Shown: piece after piece, positions 28,948 through 38,169 of the stretch | How positions within the stretch are numbered: the stretch's first letter is position 1 | Layout: every line of letters starts with the position of its first letter | NCBI GenBank assembly: GCA_045401155.1 | Contig: CP174360.1 | Location: forward strand, 419,079 to 483,078 | DNA from: Candidatus Minusculum obligatum | GTDB taxonomy: Bacteria > Patescibacteriota > Minisyncoccia > Phycocordibacterales > Phycocordibacteraceae | Length of the DNA stretch: 64,000 nt | Direction of reading: 5' to 3' | The notes under the pieces: generated by a model | The model's input: only the letters and a program-made list of their open reading frames with translations | Told to the model about the DNA's origin: nothing | Databases searched by the model: none | Position numbers and translations under genes: made by a program

Positions 28948-29787
28948 CTATATAGGCATAGTACTAAGACCTTTCGCTTCCTGCAAAATTTCACTTACAT
29001 GATCCCTTGAAAGCCCTAAATCTATAAGTGCCTCCTTATTCCTCTCAAGTTCTTCACAGAGAATGATTCCTTTTGTAATAAGAGATTGTTTTTGAGACCG
29101 AGAAAGTGTTGTAAGTGCTGTGATTGGATAGACATCATACTCTGTAATTAGATCCAGCAGTGAGTCTTTTTCTGGGTATCGCCATCCGAGCATATCAAGC
29201 CCCACACACGAAGCATATTCAACCGCATTTTTTGTAAATTTTGTATTTGTAAGAAGAAGAGGCCTGTTTACTGGGCAAGACTTTGGGTCTTCATCCCGCT
29301 TTGCAAAAATATCTTCCATACGCGCCTGCACATACAGTGCCGTACGTACATTTGTCTTAAATCCTGGAGAGTTATGGAACTTAACCTCAATTGCCACACA
29401 TTCACCATCTTTTGTAGCAACAACATCAAGCTCATGATTTATACACTTACCTGGCACCACCTGACGAAGTCGCACTTTGTACCCCATTTTCTTAAAGAGT
29501 GCTGCAACAAAATCTTCAAACGGAAATCCTGTAGGACCCAAATCAAAAAGAGCCCTCCGCAAAGAATACCTTGCAGCAGTAGGACGATGCTCTCGACGAA
29601 GCTCTCTAAATGCAGTTTTGTAAATCTCACTTGTAGAGACACCAGAGACAGCGGTTTCAATCACATCAGTGGTAATTTGCTCTGCGATTTCCCTCTTAGC
29701 TCCTGCCCGAACAAGAGAATCTATAAGTTTTTCCTCACGAAAGATTTCGCTTGTACCATCAGCTTTTGTTACGTAGAAATTTTGCAT
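28948..29787 (-). CDS. ATP-cone domain fused to an Mrr-like restriction endonuclease (PD-(D/E)xK) domain
   Basis: N-terminal ATP-cone (VTKADGTSEIFREEKLIDSL...), central ELDVVATKDGECVAIEVK catalytic core, C-terminal helical domain. Confidence 0.7.
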   Translation of the reverse strand: MQNFYVTKADGTSEIFREEKLIDSLVRAGAKREIAEQITTDVIETAVSGVSTSEIYKTAFRELRREHRPTAARYSLRRALFDLGPTGFPFEDFVAALFKKMGYKVRLRQVVPGKCINHELDVVATKDGECVAIEVKFHNSPGFKTNVRTALYVQARMEDIFAKRDEDPKSCPVNRPLLLTNTKFTKNAVEYASCVGLDMLGWRYPEKDSLLDLITEYDVYPITALTTLSRSQKQSLITKGIILCEELERNKEALIDLGLSRDHVSEILQEAKGLSTMPI

Positions 29788-29792
29788 GCCTG

Positions 29793-30209
29793 CTATTCAA
29801 CAGCAAGAGCAGGTACAAGAACCTTTGTGTCATTTATAGAAAGAGAGAACGTAGCTTTTTCATCCACCTCCACATCAATACTGAATTCTCTTGGATCTAT
29901 AACTTGAATACAAATACCTCCCGTATCAACAGTAGTTAGTGTAATAGAAACTTGTTCTGGGAAACTCTCTGCAACCACAACATCCTCACGTAATTCATGA
30001 CATGGAGTTGGAAGCTGCACAATTCCAGAAATAGTATGCACCCCATCCTCAAATGTGTGCTCAAGTGCAAACTCTTCTTCTATAACTTCTGTACCATCAA
30101 CTTTTACAAGTTGATTTTCTTCCATGTTTTTCCCGGTCGGCCAAAACAGATATGCTGCCAATACAATAACGGCAATTACTACAATCACTATTGCTGCTCG
30201 TGTGTTCAT
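29793..30209 (-). CDS. hypothetical secreted/membrane-anchored protein
   Basis: N-terminal TM/signal (AAIVIVVIAVIVLAAYLF), acidic beta-rich body. Sits 6 nt upstream of the nuclease gene. Confidence 0.4.
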   Translation of the reverse strand: MNTRAAIVIVVIAVIVLAAYLFWPTGKNMEENQLVKVDGTEVIEEEFALEHTFEDGVHTISGIVQLPTPCHELREDVVVAESFPEQVSITLTTVDTGGICIQVIDPREFSIDVEVDEKATFSLSINDTKVLVPALAVE

Positions 30210-30215
30210 ACCTAC

Positions 30216-31256
30216 TTAGTATACGATAGTTCCACCACCAAGACATTCTTCTCCCCTATAAAATACAAGCGCTTGGCCCTCTGCAGGTATTTCAGGAAGC
30301 GCCTCTTTAAAGACAACCACTCCGCTCTCATCAATAGAGACAACATCTACCTCAGGACCATGGTATCTATATTGTGCAGTGATACCTGAACCTTCTGGAA
30401 ATGCATGTGTCCACGTCTGATTTGCAATCTTTACTTCTTTTGGAGCTTTTTCTTGCTGCTCCTTTTTAGAACCAACTGTGATGGTGTTTTTTTCAACATC
30501 TTTTGCAATCACATACATAGGCTCATCTGTATTTGCACTAAACCCATGACGCTGCCCGAGCGTATACAGTATTGCACCCTCATGCGTTCCGATCATATCT
30601 CCAGACTCATTTAATACATCTCCCTCTTGTGTACTTACATACCGCCCAAGGAACTCCTCCATGTCTACATGCCCAATAAAACAAAGACCTTGACTGTCTC
30701 TCTTTTGTGCAACTGGAAGATTGTACTCTTTTGCCTTTTTACGTGTCTGCGCTTTTTCTTTTACTCCTCCAATTGGGAAAAGAATATACGGCAACTCATT
30801 TTGTGTAAGTGTGTATAGGAAATAGCTTTGATCTTTCTTTAGATCAACACCTCGCAAGAGTTTAAATACTCCAGTCTCTTCCTTCACCTGCGCATAATGC
30901 CCTGTCGCAACCTTATCTACCCCTTTTGTCTTTGCCCAAGATAAAAAAGCGCCAAATTTAATATCTCTGTTACAAAGCACATCTGGATTTGGAGTTCTTC
31001 CTGCTTTGTACTCAGAAATCAAATAATCAATTACAGACTCTTTATACTCTTTTGTAAGATCAAGTGTTGTAAACGGAATAGAAAGATGCGCCGCAACACG
31101 CATTGCATCTTGCCGATCTTCTTTCCAAGCACATGGAATTCCCTCTGGGTACCAACCACGCAAGAAAACTCCGGCGACATCATGTCCCTGTTTTTTAAGC
31201 TCTGCCGCGGTTACAGAAGAATCTACTCCTCCACTTAATCCCACAAATACTTTCAT
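30216..31256 (-). CDS. mnmA: tRNA-specific 2-thiouridylase
   Basis: PP-loop SGGVDSS plus catalytic cysteines. Confidence 0.95.
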   Translation of the reverse strand: MKVFVGLSGGVDSSVTAAELKKQGHDVAGVFLRGWYPEGIPCAWKEDRQDAMRVAAHLSIPFTTLDLTKEYKESVIDYLISEYKAGRTPNPDVLCNRDIKFGAFLSWAKTKGVDKVATGHYAQVKEETGVFKLLRGVDLKKDQSYFLYTLTQNELPYILFPIGGVKEKAQTRKKAKEYNLPVAQKRDSQGLCFIGHVDMEEFLGRYVSTQEGDVLNESGDMIGTHEGAILYTLGQRHGFSANTDEPMYVIAKDVEKNTITVGSKKEQQEKAPKEVKIANQTWTHAFPEGSGITAQYRYHGPEVDVVSIDESGVVVFKEALPEIPAEGQALVFYRGEECLGGGTIVY

Positions 31257-31276
31257 GGGATGAAAATAGCATATAT

Positions 31277-32251
31277 TTAATCTAAATACAGGGCCCTATT
31301 CCTCCTGTGCCCATCAAATGTCTCGGCATAGTACATGTTTCCATCTCTTCCTGTTAGATAAAACAAGTACGGAGTCTTAATTGGATCTGCCGCTGCACGT
31401 ATGGATTCAATACCAGGATTGCTAATAGCTCCTGGCGGCAATCCTCTATTCTTATACGTGTTGTACGGAGAATCTATCTCCAAATCCTCAAGAGATGGAT
31501 GGAATGTGTCTGTGTCATATATGTATCCAAATACCGCATCTACCTGAAGCGCCATTCCTATTTCTATACGATCCCAAAGAATACCTGCCACCCTTTGTTT
31601 TGTTTCAAACTGTCGCGCCTCTTTCTCAAGAATAGACGCCATGATAATCACATCTGAAAGTGGTCGATCAATACGAATCTCTTGCTCGAGAAGATCAATC
31701 TGATCTGTGAACTCTTGATACATCGTCTGCACAATTCTTTTTGCAGAAATGTTTGGCTCAAAGTAGTACGTCTCTGGGAATAAATATCCCTCAAGACCAT
31801 CTGCTTCTTTTTTAAATTCCTCTTCTGAAATATGTGGGAACCTCTCATGCACACGTGCTGCAATCTCACGAATGGTTATACCCTCTGGGAAAACTATACT
31901 TACCGGCTCTACGCCATAGACTCCATTTGCAATACGGTACGCAACAATAAGTGGCCCAACTTCCTTTCCAAAATAATAATCGCCAGCTTTTACATTTGCT
32001 GAGTTAAAGAACAATCGAGTAAGTAATATATATGTGCTCTTTGATTCAATTACACGCTCCTCAAGCAAAATATCCGCAATTTCATTTGCATTTACACCTT
32101 GTGGAATTGTAATTGTGTCATCTACAGGAAAATATTTAGGTCCGTTAAAAAACAGTCCCCACATAAATACAAGCACCGTAATAGCTGATAAGCCAACGAT
32201 GATGTACACGCGCTTAATGCGTAGCAGGTACTCAATTATATTTTGGATCAT
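31277..32251 (-). CDS. mltG: endolytic murein transglycosylase MltG (YceG family)
   Basis: N-terminal TM, YceG-like domain with YNTYKNRGLPPGAISNPG and a C-terminal YLFY motif. Confidence 0.85.
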   Translation of the reverse strand: MIQNIIEYLLRIKRVYIIVGLSAITVLVFMWGLFFNGPKYFPVDDTITIPQGVNANEIADILLEERVIESKSTYILLTRLFFNSANVKAGDYYFGKEVGPLIVAYRIANGVYGVEPVSIVFPEGITIREIAARVHERFPHISEEEFKKEADGLEGYLFPETYYFEPNISAKRIVQTMYQEFTDQIDLLEQEIRIDRPLSDVIIMASILEKEARQFETKQRVAGILWDRIEIGMALQVDAVFGYIYDTDTFHPSLEDLEIDSPYNTYKNRGLPPGAISNPGIESIRAAADPIKTPYLFYLTGRDGNMYYAETFDGHRRNRALYLD

Positions 32252-33522
32252 GTTGGAAGATTTGAAGGAGGTGCACTTGTTGCAGATTGAATACGTGGAA
32301 GCGTAGGAACTTCAACAACCTTTGAAGGAAGTCTGTAAATTGAAGCGAGCTCCTCGGTAGAAAGAGAAAATGTATGATCTTCATCTGGTGCCCTAAAGAA
32401 ACCACGACGCTTATACTTGGCGAGAAGATTCTTTCGAACCTCGTCTTTCATGCGATTACTCTCCCAAGGGTAGTCGTCAAACTGGGTCATTCCCCCTTTA
32501 GGCTTAAATCCATTTAGACTCTCTGAACTAAACTGCTTAAAGATTGCAATAAGACCAGGGATCATTGTTCCGTTAAATTTATCTTCTTCGGCAATATAAA
32601 TACCTCGGATACCAACATCAAACGCCTGCTTACTTGTATTGCGATCAATTGCATCAATCTGACGCTTTTGCTCCTCTGAAAGCGGCGGCACTGGCTGACC
32701 TTCTCCCGCTTCTTTTTTATTTTCCTCTTTAATCTTTTTAATTTCAGCCAAACCATCCTTACGCCAATCTTTTGAAGTCACCTGCACCACCATCTGAATC
32801 CACATCTGCTGCCCCTTTCCAACAGAACCTAAAAATTCAATAACGTTTGCAAACGGGTCTACCTTGTATTCCTCCTTTGGATCTCTCTCAAGACCATAAT
32901 CTATGTATGTCTTAATTGGATATACATCATCTTTAGTGAGTGCAAACTGCATACCCCACACTCCATACTTATCTAAATCAATAGGAAATCGGAGCGCATA
33001 ATCATCTACTTCTACAATCTGAATTTCAGGAAACTGTCCATAGAAACTTGTTTCAAGTGCATTTTTCATTCCCTTTCGAAGCCATACAAAAAATCGAACC
33101 TGTCCCTCAAATGAAACCATCTCTAGAGAAAAAGATGGTCTAAACTTTCCTAAAATACTCCGATCCCAAAAAGTTCCTTCCCCGCTCTTTCGGTGCATAC
33201 CAGAGAGCACTGCCTCCATCGCAAGTGGAGACTTCTGAATTTCCCGAGGAATCCTGATTTCAAAAAGCGCTGTTTCTTGTCCTTGCCACCATTTGGCTTG
33301 CCGAAACTCCATCCACACGCCCCATGTAAGAATAGCTAATAGTGGTGGCACCCAAATAGGCCAAAGATGCCCTGCCAAAAGAAGTCCAACGTATGTACTG
33401 TCTGGGAAAAATACCCAAAATACTGCAATGAACATAAGCACCAAAAGCGGTGCGTAATACATTGGCACGGGTACTCCAACAATAGTTGTTACTGGTTCTT
33501 TGAATGAAGCAAAAACACTCAC
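32248..33522 (-). CDS. hypothetical membrane protein (2-3 N-terminal TM, large soluble domain)
   Basis: No recognisable catalytic motif; conserved-looking W/F-rich core. The start overlaps the mltG stop. Confidence 0.45.
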   Translation of the reverse strand: MSVFASFKEPVTTIVGVPVPMYYAPLLVLMFIAVFWVFFPDSTYVGLLLAGHLWPIWVPPLLAILTWGVWMEFRQAKWWQGQETALFEIRIPREIQKSPLAMEAVLSGMHRKSGEGTFWDRSILGKFRPSFSLEMVSFEGQVRFFVWLRKGMKNALETSFYGQFPEIQIVEVDDYALRFPIDLDKYGVWGMQFALTKDDVYPIKTYIDYGLERDPKEEYKVDPFANVIEFLGSVGKGQQMWIQMVVQVTSKDWRKDGLAEIKKIKEENKKEAGEGQPVPPLSEEQKRQIDAIDRNTSKQAFDVGIRGIYIAEEDKFNGTMIPGLIAIFKQFSSESLNGFKPKGGMTQFDDYPWESNRMKDEVRKNLLAKYKRRGFFRAPDEDHTFSLSTEELASIYRLPSKVVEVPTLPRIQSATSAPPSNLPT

Positions 33523-33571
33523 GTTGGCTCTATGATAGCACCAACGTGAGTGTTTTTGTTAAGAGAAATTA

Positions 33572-34609
33572 TTAAACTAGTGAATAGGTATTGTCACTAT
33601 TTCGCTTGAATACCTTTCGGTCATTTAGATTTACAAGAATTGTATTGTCTTTTACGTATCGCTCCTTCTTTACGCGATCAATAATTTCTTCTCGAGTAAG
33701 AGGGCCCTCTTTCTCAATAAGCTCCTTAATCACATCCCGTACAACTCCTGTCTTGTATCCCCACTCCTTAAGCGCATATAGTCCACGTCCAACAAGTACA
33801 AATCGCTTATCCTTAATAAGTTCGTTGTGACATGTTGCAACGTGCGCTCGCTTTCCAAATAGCTCAGCGATAGAATCCGCAACCTCGCTAAAGTGCATAG
33901 GTGATCCATGTCGTTTCATTGCAAGGTATGCAAAGTCTCGAATTCCCTTAGCACGAATAGATGAAGAACTCACACGTCCCCACTCTCCAAGAGGATTTCG
34001 ATCTAGGTTCTTAAACATAGAAAGCCATCGTCGAAGCATTTCCTCCTTCTTGTACTCCTCATTTAGATCCTGAAGATTCTCCAAGAACCGATCAATAAGA
34101 TCTGCTTCAGAAAGAATCTCCTCATCTGGAATTGCTTTATACAGAGTCTTAAGCGCTCCTTCAATAGTTCCTGCAACATTTTCATCTACAGACCATCGAG
34201 CTTTAAACTCTGGAGTTTCTTTTGACTGTACAAAAAACTCTCCAAGTACAAGTAGAAAATGTACATGGTTTTGGATACTTGCTGTTGATCCTACAGCATC
34301 TAGGAGATCATTCTCAGACACGATGCATCCCATATCTCGGATAACACCCTCAAGCTCAGTAAATACTGCTTCCTGTTTCTTAATCTCTTCTCCCTTTCGG
34401 ATTGCATCAAGACTATGGTTCTCAATCTGACGTACACGTTCTCGTGTAATCCCATACTCTTGTCCAATAGCCTCAAGCGTCGCTTGCTTAGTGCTCTTTC
34501 CTAATCCAAAACGAAGCGTCAAAACTTCTTTTGAGCGCTCTGGAAGCCCAGACAGAAGTTGGCGAACCACCTTCTTTGGGTCGTGTGCAAGCTGTACCTT
34601 ACTTGTCAT
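33572..34609 (-). CDS. sigma-70 region-4 (HTH) domain protein with C-terminal winged-helix; transcription factor-like
   Basis: LSGLPERSKEVLTLRFGL...TLEAIGQEYGITRERVRQIENHSL is a sigma-70 region 4.2 signature at the N-terminus. No region 2 is present. Confidence 0.55.
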   Translation of the reverse strand: MTSKVQLAHDPKKVVRQLLSGLPERSKEVLTLRFGLGKSTKQATLEAIGQEYGITRERVRQIENHSLDAIRKGEEIKKQEAVFTELEGVIRDMGCIVSENDLLDAVGSTASIQNHVHFLLVLGEFFVQSKETPEFKARWSVDENVAGTIEGALKTLYKAIPDEEILSEADLIDRFLENLQDLNEEYKKEEMLRRWLSMFKNLDRNPLGEWGRVSSSSIRAKGIRDFAYLAMKRHGSPMHFSEVADSIAELFGKRAHVATCHNELIKDKRFVLVGRGLYALKEWGYKTGVVRDVIKELIEKEGPLTREEIIDRVKKERYVKDNTILVNLNDRKVFKRNSDNTYSLV

Positions 34610-34643
34610 AATGAACTATTTGTACAGGATACTTGACGTTCTG

Positions 34644-37022
34644 TCAAGTAATCAGGATGTTCATAACACGATCTGGTACGAAAATTACCTTTGAAATAGC
34701 AGAATCTCCCAAATGAGCGGCTATTTTTTCATCTTCCTTAGCGAGAGTAAGAACTTCTTCTTCACTTGCTCCTTGCGCAACCTCGAGCACGCCTCGAGCC
34801 TTCCCATTTACTTGAATGGCCACTTTAATGGTTGCTGAACTTAATATATCTTCATCTGCAACAGGCCAAGAAACGGAATGGATGAATCCTTCTTCCCCAA
34901 GAATTTCCCAAATCTCTTGTGTCATGTGCGGAGCAAATGGCGCAAGCAGCAATACAAATGTTTTATACACTTCCCTGTCTACTACTCCTTCTTTTTCTAG
35001 AGCATTAAGCAGACTCATAAGTGCGGCAAGAGATGTGTGGAACTTTGCCTCTGGAAGATCTGTACTTACTTTTTTAATTGTCTTGTGTAGTTCAAGTGTA
35101 ATGTCTTTATTATCACTTTCTCCAAGTTTCTTTTGTAGCAGGAACACTCGCTCCAAGAATCTGCGAATTCCAGCAATTGAATCCATGCTCCACGGATAAA
35201 ACCCAGTCTCGTTATACGGCCCAATAAATGCCAAGTAGCTCTTTACTGTATCTGCGCCATACTTTTCTACAAATTCATCTGGATTAATTACATTACCCTT
35301 ACTCTTGCTCATCTTATTGCCATCCGGACCAAGAATAAGTCCACGATTCATACGCACCTTAAACGGCTCATCTGTGGGGACGATCTTTAGTGAGTGAAGC
35401 GCTTTATTAATAAAACGAGAATACAGCACGTGAAGTGTCGTGTGCTCACTTCCTCCAGAGTACCGATCAATTGGCATCCAGTTTTTTAGAACATCTTTAT
35501 CTGCAAAGACGTTTTCATTCTTCGGATCAAGATATCGATAGAAATACCAAGAAGAATCCATAAATGTATCGAGTGTCTCAACTTCTGGAGTCCACCCTTC
35601 TCCAAAAATCTTTTCTGTTCGCTCTTTAAGCTCCTTGCTTGTTGCAAGCGGCGGCTCACCAGTTGGTGTGAAATCTACATCTGTTGGAAGCTCCCATGGC
35701 AAATGCTCCTCTGGAATAGCGTGAGCCACTCCTTCAGGATCATATACAACAGGAATAGGACACCCCCAGTATCGCTGTCGTCCAATAGACCAATCTCGTA
35801 GACGATACGTAATCTTTTTCTCTCCTCCTGCCGCTTTTGTTATTTTTTCTTTTGCTTCTTCTACAGAAAGTCCATCAAATTCTCCAGAATTAATAAGCTC
35901 GGCACCATTACTAAATGGAAGCCCTTCATCTCCTTTTAGAACCTGAGTAATAGGAAGATTATATTTTGTCGCAAATTCAAAATCTCGCTCATCGTGCGCC
36001 GGCACCCCCATCACAAATCCAGTTCCATATCCACCAAGCACGTAATCTGCTACGTACACGGGAATTTCTTCTTTTGTAATAGGATGTATTGCTTTTACCC
36101 CCGTATCTACACCAGTTTTTTCTTTACTTGCCTCACGATCTCGAGCAAGCTTCCGAAGACTTTTTGCCTCATACTCTTCTACCTCTTCACTAAAACTAAA
36201 TCCTTCTTTTCTAAGTAGATCTATTTTCTCTGGAGCGACACTTAGAAATGTCACACCCATCAGCGTATCTGGGCGTGTCGTGAACACACTTGTATCAAAA
36301 CTCTTCCCATCTTTAGTAAGCGTAAATGGAATTTCAGATCCGTATGATCGCCCAATCCAGTTTCGCTGCGCATCTTTAATTTCTTCCGGCCACTCAAGAT
36401 CGTCTAAATCATCAATAAGCTCATCTGCAAACTCAGTAATCTTAAAGAACCACTGATTCATAAGCTTCTGTTCCACAAGTGCTCCTGAGCGCTCTGCAGT
36501 TCCATCTGGAAGCACCTGCTCATTCGCAAGCACGGTCTTATCCACTGGATCCCAGTTAACCGTTGCTTCTTTTTTATATGCAAGATTTGCTTCAAGAAGC
36601 TTTGTGAAAATCCATTGCGTCCACTTGTAGTACTCAGGTGTTGCTGTAATTACTTCCCGATCCCAATCAAAACTATTTCCCATTGAACGAAGCTGCGTAC
36701 GCATCCTCTCAATATTTTCAAAAGTCCAGTCTTTTGGATCTACATTGTGTTTAATTGCTGCATTTTCTGCAGGTAGCCCAAAGGCGTCAAATCCAATAGG
36801 AAAGAGAACGTTTTTCCCTTGCATGCGTAGATACCGGGCATAGATATCAGGTACCGCAAACGCAAACCAGTGGCCAATATGTAGATCTCCTGAAGGATAT
36901 GGAAACTCTACAAGAAGATATGACTTATCTTTACTCTCATCTGTATCTACAGCATAGACACCAGCTTCTTCCCAAGCTTTCTGCCACTTCTTTTCTACTC
37001 CTGTATGGTTGTAGCGCTCCAT
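34644..37022 (-). CDS. leuS: leucine--tRNA ligase
   Basis: HIGH (PYPSGDLHIGHW), CP1 editing domain, KMSKS. Confidence 0.97.
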   Translation of the reverse strand: MERYNHTGVEKKWQKAWEEAGVYAVDTDESKDKSYLLVEFPYPSGDLHIGHWFAFAVPDIYARYLRMQGKNVLFPIGFDAFGLPAENAAIKHNVDPKDWTFENIERMRTQLRSMGNSFDWDREVITATPEYYKWTQWIFTKLLEANLAYKKEATVNWDPVDKTVLANEQVLPDGTAERSGALVEQKLMNQWFFKITEFADELIDDLDDLEWPEEIKDAQRNWIGRSYGSEIPFTLTKDGKSFDTSVFTTRPDTLMGVTFLSVAPEKIDLLRKEGFSFSEEVEEYEAKSLRKLARDREASKEKTGVDTGVKAIHPITKEEIPVYVADYVLGGYGTGFVMGVPAHDERDFEFATKYNLPITQVLKGDEGLPFSNGAELINSGEFDGLSVEEAKEKITKAAGGEKKITYRLRDWSIGRQRYWGCPIPVVYDPEGVAHAIPEEHLPWELPTDVDFTPTGEPPLATSKELKERTEKIFGEGWTPEVETLDTFMDSSWYFYRYLDPKNENVFADKDVLKNWMPIDRYSGGSEHTTLHVLYSRFINKALHSLKIVPTDEPFKVRMNRGLILGPDGNKMSKSKGNVINPDEFVEKYGADTVKSYLAFIGPYNETGFYPWSMDSIAGIRRFLERVFLLQKKLGESDNKDITLELHKTIKKVSTDLPEAKFHTSLAALMSLLNALEKEGVVDREVYKTFVLLLAPFAPHMTQEIWEILGEEGFIHSVSWPVADEDILSSATIKVAIQVNGKARGVLEVAQGASEEEVLTLAKEDEKIAAHLGDSAISKVIFVPDRVMNILIT

Positions 37023-37618
37023 TAGTCCTTAAACTTTCGATATGCAATAGCAAGCACCAAGATAAGTGCTGCACCTACCGCAAGAATTTGTACAAGCTGA
37101 TCAAGATCTCCAAGGTACCGTGTACCAGAAGCAATAAGCAGAACCACACCACCATATGAAAGTCCTGCTGCAACAATACTTGATCCCTTTAGGAACATTC
37201 CAAGAATAATAGCTACTGCACCTGCCACAAGAAGAGATAGAAACGCGGTTTGCGAGTTGTTTACACGCGCATCATCATACGCCATAGAACACTCATAGTT
37301 TAGATCGCAATATCCAGAAGGAGCATCATCTGCTTTAGGAACTCCTTGATATGCATTCCATTTTCCATCATTTGTCACACACTGTTCCTCTGTCTCAATT
37401 ACACCCACATTTCTTTGCTCACAAAAATCTGAATACTCAGGTGCTGGAAGTACGTATGAGACGCTAATAAATGAGAATACGTTGATAAGCACTACGATAC
37501 CAATAAGCACTGCCCATCGAACAAATTTTGGTGGTTGATTTTCCATATATTTATATAGTACCTGCTCTCTATAAAATGAAAAGGCCCGGTACGTTTCTAC
37601 GTCCGGCCTTTCGTCCAC
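37022..37618 (-). CDS. hypothetical membrane protein with Cys-rich extracytoplasmic loop
   Basis: TM helices at both ends; central segment carries 5 Cys. Confidence 0.4.
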   Translation of the reverse strand: MDERPDVETYRAFSFYREQVLYKYMENQPPKFVRWAVLIGIVVLINVFSFISVSYVLPAPEYSDFCEQRNVGVIETEEQCVTNDGKWNAYQGVPKADDAPSGYCDLNYECSMAYDDARVNNSQTAFLSLLVAGAVAIILGMFLKGSSIVAAGLSYGGVVLLIASGTRYLGDLDQLVQILAVGAALILVLAIAYRKFKD

Positions 37619-37647
37619 AAATTTCTTTTGTGGCAGTATTTTTATAG

Positions 37648-38124
37648 TTAAAGTTGCCTCAGCGCACTGAGGTACGCTCCCCGATCATTACTAAGTTCGA
37701 TCATGATTGAAGGTTCGCCCAAAGCGCACTCTACGGTGCTGCTTTTGTCGTACTCCACGGAATCATCGAAGAGGATCCGTGCACGAATATACGAACTTCC
37801 TCGCACACTGCATTCGTGATTGGTTTCGCGCCTGTAAAAAAGAGTGGCAACATACGTTGCACGACCTCTTTCATGAACAATTTCATATCCAGCTGCTTGC
37901 AGCACCTCGATATAAAACCGGTTCACAGCAGGATTGTCGCTTTCTACGACATATACCCGCTGAGGCGGCTGAAGACTGAATGAGTCCGGAAAAAGCGTGC
38001 ATCCAGCCAAAGTCACTAGAATCAACGCTGCAAGAGCGCGATTTAGCCAAACACTGACCGTATCCACGAAATTATGGACCCCACTTACAACTCTACTAAC
38101 AAAGGACATTGCCTCTCTCCCCAA
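37648..38124 (-). CDS. hypothetical lipoprotein-like protein
   Basis: Signal/lipobox-like LAALILVTLAGC near the N-terminus. Confidence 0.4.
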   Translation of the reverse strand: MGREAMSFVSRVVSGVHNFVDTVSVWLNRALAALILVTLAGCTLFPDSFSLQPPQRVYVVESDNPAVNRFYIEVLQAAGYEIVHERGRATYVATLFYRRETNHECSVRGSSYIRARILFDDSVEYDKSSTVECALGEPSIMIELSNDRGAYLSALRQL

Positions 38125-38169
38125 GGCTTTACTACACTAAAAACTATTATACAACCATTACAAAATGCG

